64,000 nt of DNA. It comes from a bacterium (GTDB taxonomy: Bacteria > SM23-81 > DAOVCL01). Numbering within the stretch: the stretch's first letter is position 1; every line of letters begins with the position of its first letter. Of this stretch, positions 61,093 to 64,000 are shown in pieces. The DNA lies in assembly GCA_029932675.1 (NCBI GenBank), contig JAOZPP010000008.1, forward strand, positions 130-64,129, in the 5' to 3' direction. The translations under genes and the position numbers were made by a program. Below the pieces are notes generated by a model that did not search any database, was not told the DNA's origin, and saw only the letters and a list, made by a program, of their open reading frames with translations.

Positions 61093-61539
61093 ATGGCCAA
61101 GTTGATGATCATCTACTATTCCCGCACCGGGAATACCAAGGAGATGGCAGAGGAGGTGACCAAGGGGGCAAGGGTTGTGGAAGGGGTGGAGGTGGTTTGT
61201 AAAGAAGTCGATGAGGCCACAAGCGAGGACCTCCTCTCCTCTGCCGGGATAATCCTCGGCTCCCCTACCTATTTCCGCCAGATGGCTGCTGAGCTTAAGT
61301 CCTTTATCGATAAGACAATAGATGTCTACGGTCAGTTGAAGGGAAGGGTCGGGGGGGTTTTCTCCTCTTCTGGCTCCCCGGAGGATGGGGAGAAGTGCCT
61401 TATTTCCCTCTCTGAGGTATTGGACTGTCATGGGGTAGCAGTCCTTGGAAAAGTTCTGGCCGTTGTGACCCCAGGGGAGAGGGAAAGGGAGGAGTGCAGG
61501 AAGCTGGGGGAAATGGTGGCCAGGAGGATATTGGGCTAA
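61093..61539 (+). CDS. Flavodoxin/WrbA-like protein
   Basis: YYSRTGNT, LGSPTY. Confidence 0.85.
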   Translation: MAKLMIIYYSRTGNTKEMAEEVTKGARVVEGVEVVCKEVDEATSEDLLSSAGIILGSPTYFRQMAAELKSFIDKTIDVYGQLKGRVGGVFSSSGSPEDGEKCLISLSEVLDCHGVAVLGKVLAVVTPGEREREECRKLGEMVARRILG

Positions 61540-61760
61540 AGGGGGGCCTCGAATGCCTTCACCCTCGTGGGGGGAAAAGCTATACCGAGATTCGTCTGTC
61601 CTCCGGGGGGTCACACAACATATTGAATAAGGAATTTGGCTAATCCCCATTGTATTCATAAGTTAGTTTGAGGATCTCTGAATTGCTAAGGTTTCATGTT
61701 TTCAAGGATAGAACTTTGGCCCTATCCGAAAATAGGAGATAGACTTTAGTTGCTAATAAA

Positions 61761-64000
61761 ATGGTGAGAAGAATTAGAAATGCAGACCCAACTCAAACTG
61801 CCTTGTCCTTTCCTGGGATTCAAGATGTTTGGGAAACGAAGGGGATCTTTTCGGAACATTATATTCGAACTAGATTGAAAAACAGCCTGTATTGGCCTCG
61901 GGAAGAGGAAGTTAAACCACTTTGGGAATTCTGTTCTAATCTATGGAGTAAGCGCTACCTTGGATTGGCTCGGGGAAACGAAGCTGTTACGCGACAGGAG
62001 TTCATAGACAAGGTGCTTGCGAAGTTAGGATTTGCATATCTACCAGATACTCGCTTACCTGTTGGACAAAGGCAACAGGAACCGGATTATATTTTGTTCG
62101 CAGATGAAGCGATAAAGAATGAAGTGTTGGCTCAAAGTAGGATAGCTCAATATACTGCGGCAATTTCGTTATTAGAAGCAAAAAAGGTGAACCATCCTCT
62201 CGATGCTGTATCACGACATGAAACCCCGGGGAGATTCCCACACCAACAGATCCGTGATTACCTTCAAGCAGCAACAGATCAATCAGGTAAGCCCTTCTTT
62301 AATTGGGCAATCTTAACCAATGGCAATCGCTGGCGACTCTACTGTCGGGATGCACATCCGGGAAGTTATTTTGAGTACAATTTTGAGATCGGTGTAAGAG
62401 CCCTCCAAAGTTTTATGGTTTTTGTTGCTCTTTTTAGACCTGCAGCCTTTATTCAAGACGCTGAGGGCAAGTGCCCTCTTGATTACTTACGAGCTGAGGC
62501 ATTGCAATATCAAAGTAAACTTGAGGATGATCTTCGGGGAAGAATTTTTAGGATCCTTGAAAAGTTGGCTAATGGTTTTTATCGGCGACGTGAGAACAGA
62601 ATCAGCAAAAACGATTTAAGCGAATTGTACCAAAACTCCCTTATTTTTCTCTATCGTCTCCTTTTTATCCTATATGCAGAAGGGAGGGGTCTTTTGCCCG
62701 CTAAAACTGGGGTTGGAGGAAATAAGAATTACCGAGAACGTTATAGCTTGCAAAGGTTGTTGCCCCAGCTTGGCGATTTTCGCCGTTTCCCATCGGATGA
62801 ATTTACAGAACTATATGAAAGTCTACTTGGTTTGTTTCACTTAATCAATGGTGATCAACCTTCTCGTAATAGAGCTTGTGAAGTTCCCCGCTATAATGGC
62901 GGTTTATTTAACCCTAAAGAATATCCACTGATAGAGCATTGGCGAATAGGGGAAAGAACTCTTGCTGATATCTTACGAGGTCTCATGTTCAGCCCTCTCC
63001 CAGTTGCAAAAGGTGAGCAAGGACAATTGGATTTTGGTGAAACTATCGATTATGCCGATTTAGAAGTTAGACAACTGGGATCTATCTACGAGGGGCTATT
63101 AGAAAATCATCTGGAACTCGAGGGCAGCCGTCTTGTTCTGCGGGGTGATAGAGCTGAACGGAAAGCTACTGGTACATATTATACACCAGACTATATCGTT
63201 CAATACATTGTGAAAAACACATTGGGTCCCCTTTGTGAGGAAATTAACAATTCACCCAAAGTTCAAGAGGCGATTAAGAGAAAGGCTAAGGATAACTCTT
63301 TTGCCAAAGGGGTACTCAAGCTCAGTGTTCTTGATCCGGCAATGGGTAGTGGGCATTTCCTGGTTAGAGCAACTGAGTTCTTAGCTGATGAGATTGTGAG
63401 GCATCCAACAACGGAATTTCAGACGGAGTCAGTATCTATGCCATTCTCAAGGGAAGAAATCATTTCCCATAATAAATTACCAGTGACTAGGGGATTGTCA
63501 CATGAAGAAGCGGAAATCTCTTACTGGCGGCGCCGAGTAGTAGAATCTTGCATCTATGGAGTAGACTTAAATCCGTTAGCAGTAGAGTTGGCAAAGCTCT
63601 CCTTGTGGCTGACCTGTATCGCCATTGATCAACCACTTAGTTTTCTCGATCACCATCTTCGGTCTGGCAATTCCCTAATTGGGGCAAGATTGGCAGATCT
63701 TGATGTCCTGCCTGAAAGGAGAAAGACATTACAGACTTCACTATCTTTTGGTCCAGAGTTCTACAACTCAGTGGGCAAAGCTATTCAAGCGATAGAAGAG
63801 ATAGAGAAAACAGAAAGTACAGATGTTCAAGCTATAAAGGATAAAGAATCCCGGTGGCATAGAGAAGTGCGTGATCGTCTAAAACCTTATAGAACTATTG
63901 CTGACTTATGGACTTCTAAGTTTTTTGGAGTGGATATAGACCAAGAGACTTACCAATATTTGGCAAAAATGTTGATCCTGAAATCGGCAAGTAACTTGCC
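61761..64000 (+). CDS. Type IIG (Eco57I-like) restriction endonuclease-N6 adenine methyltransferase fusion, truncated by window end (not in ORF track)
   Basis: Translated by eye: MVRRIRN..., PDY...EAK nuclease motif, ILTNG, LGSIYEGLL, RKATGTYYTP, VLDPAMGSGHFL, IYGVDLNPLAVELAKLSLWL. Confidence 0.88.
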   Translation, partial: MVRRIRNADPTQTALSFPGIQDVWETKGIFSEHYIRTRLKNSLYWPREEEVKPLWEFCSNLWSKRYLGLARGNEAVTRQEFIDKVLAKLGFAYLPDTRLPVGQRQQEPDYILFADEAIKNEVLAQSRIAQYTAAISLLEAKKVNHPLDAVSRHETPGRFPHQQIRDYLQAATDQSGKPFFNWAILTNGNRWRLYCRDAHPGSYFEYNFEIGVRALQSFMVFVALFRPAAFIQDAEGKCPLDYLRAEALQYQSKLEDDLRGRIFRILEKLANGFYRRRENRISKNDLSELYQNSLIFLYRLLFILYAEGRGLLPAKTGVGGNKNYRERYSLQRLLPQLGDFRRFPSDEFTELYESLLGLFHLINGDQPSRNRACEVPRYNGGLFNPKEYPLIEHWRIGERTLADILRGLMFSPLPVAKGEQGQLDFGETIDYADLEVRQLGSIYEGLLENHLELEGSRLVLRGDRAERKATGTYYTPDYIVQYIVKNTLGPLCEEINNSPKVQEAIKRKAKDNSFAKGVLKLSVLDPAMGSGHFLVRATEFLADEIVRHPTTEFQTESVSMPFSREEIISHNKLPVTRGLSHEEAEISYWRRRVVESCIYGVDLNPLAVELAKLSLWLTCIAIDQPLSFLDHHLRSGNSLIGARLADLDVLPERRKTLQTSLSFGPEFYNSVGKAIQAIEEIEKTESTDVQAIKDKESRWHREVRDRLKPYRTIADLWTSKFFGVDIDQETYQYLAKMLILKSASNL

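Overview
Bacterial chromosome segment, probably from an anaerobic, peptide-fermenting FCB-superphylum lineage (TA06/WOR-3/Zixibacteria-like). This is an inference from a short Bacteroidetes-type sigma70, Por-secretion-tail/FlgD-like C-termini, C25 peptidases and dockerins. Most of the window is housekeeping: lat plus aldehyde dehydrogenase, carD-sigma-mreCD-mrdA-rodA-lgt-comF, dnaN-DUF721-gyrBA, a long tilS-hpt-ftsH-folP-cdaA-obgE-dprA-ptsH-ptsI-metK run, tRNA-Met, rqcH, iorAB, pta, coaD, rsmD, and the start of a type IIG restriction-modification gene. The notable part is a 16 kb tandem array (32093-48149, minus strand) of five large secreted proteins: two C25 peptidases, a papain-family C1 peptidase, an M14 carboxypeptidase and an apparently non-catalytic cohesin/dockerin-like protein. 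Four features there stand out. (1) The shared C-terminal sorting-domain DNA is a recombinational mosaic between the five genes. (2) One loop of that domain carries an in-frame 39-bp hairpin element (present in 3 genes, empty site in 1) and heptamer repeats. (3) Two transcription units share a ~100-nt leader made of an SD-sequestering hairpin, a 4-codon uORF (M-K/E-N-L) and an abutting intrinsic terminator. (4) A 367-bp IS4-derived miniature element with a 9-bp target duplication sits just downstream of one predicted promoter. All calls come from reading motifs by eye; no database searches were run.
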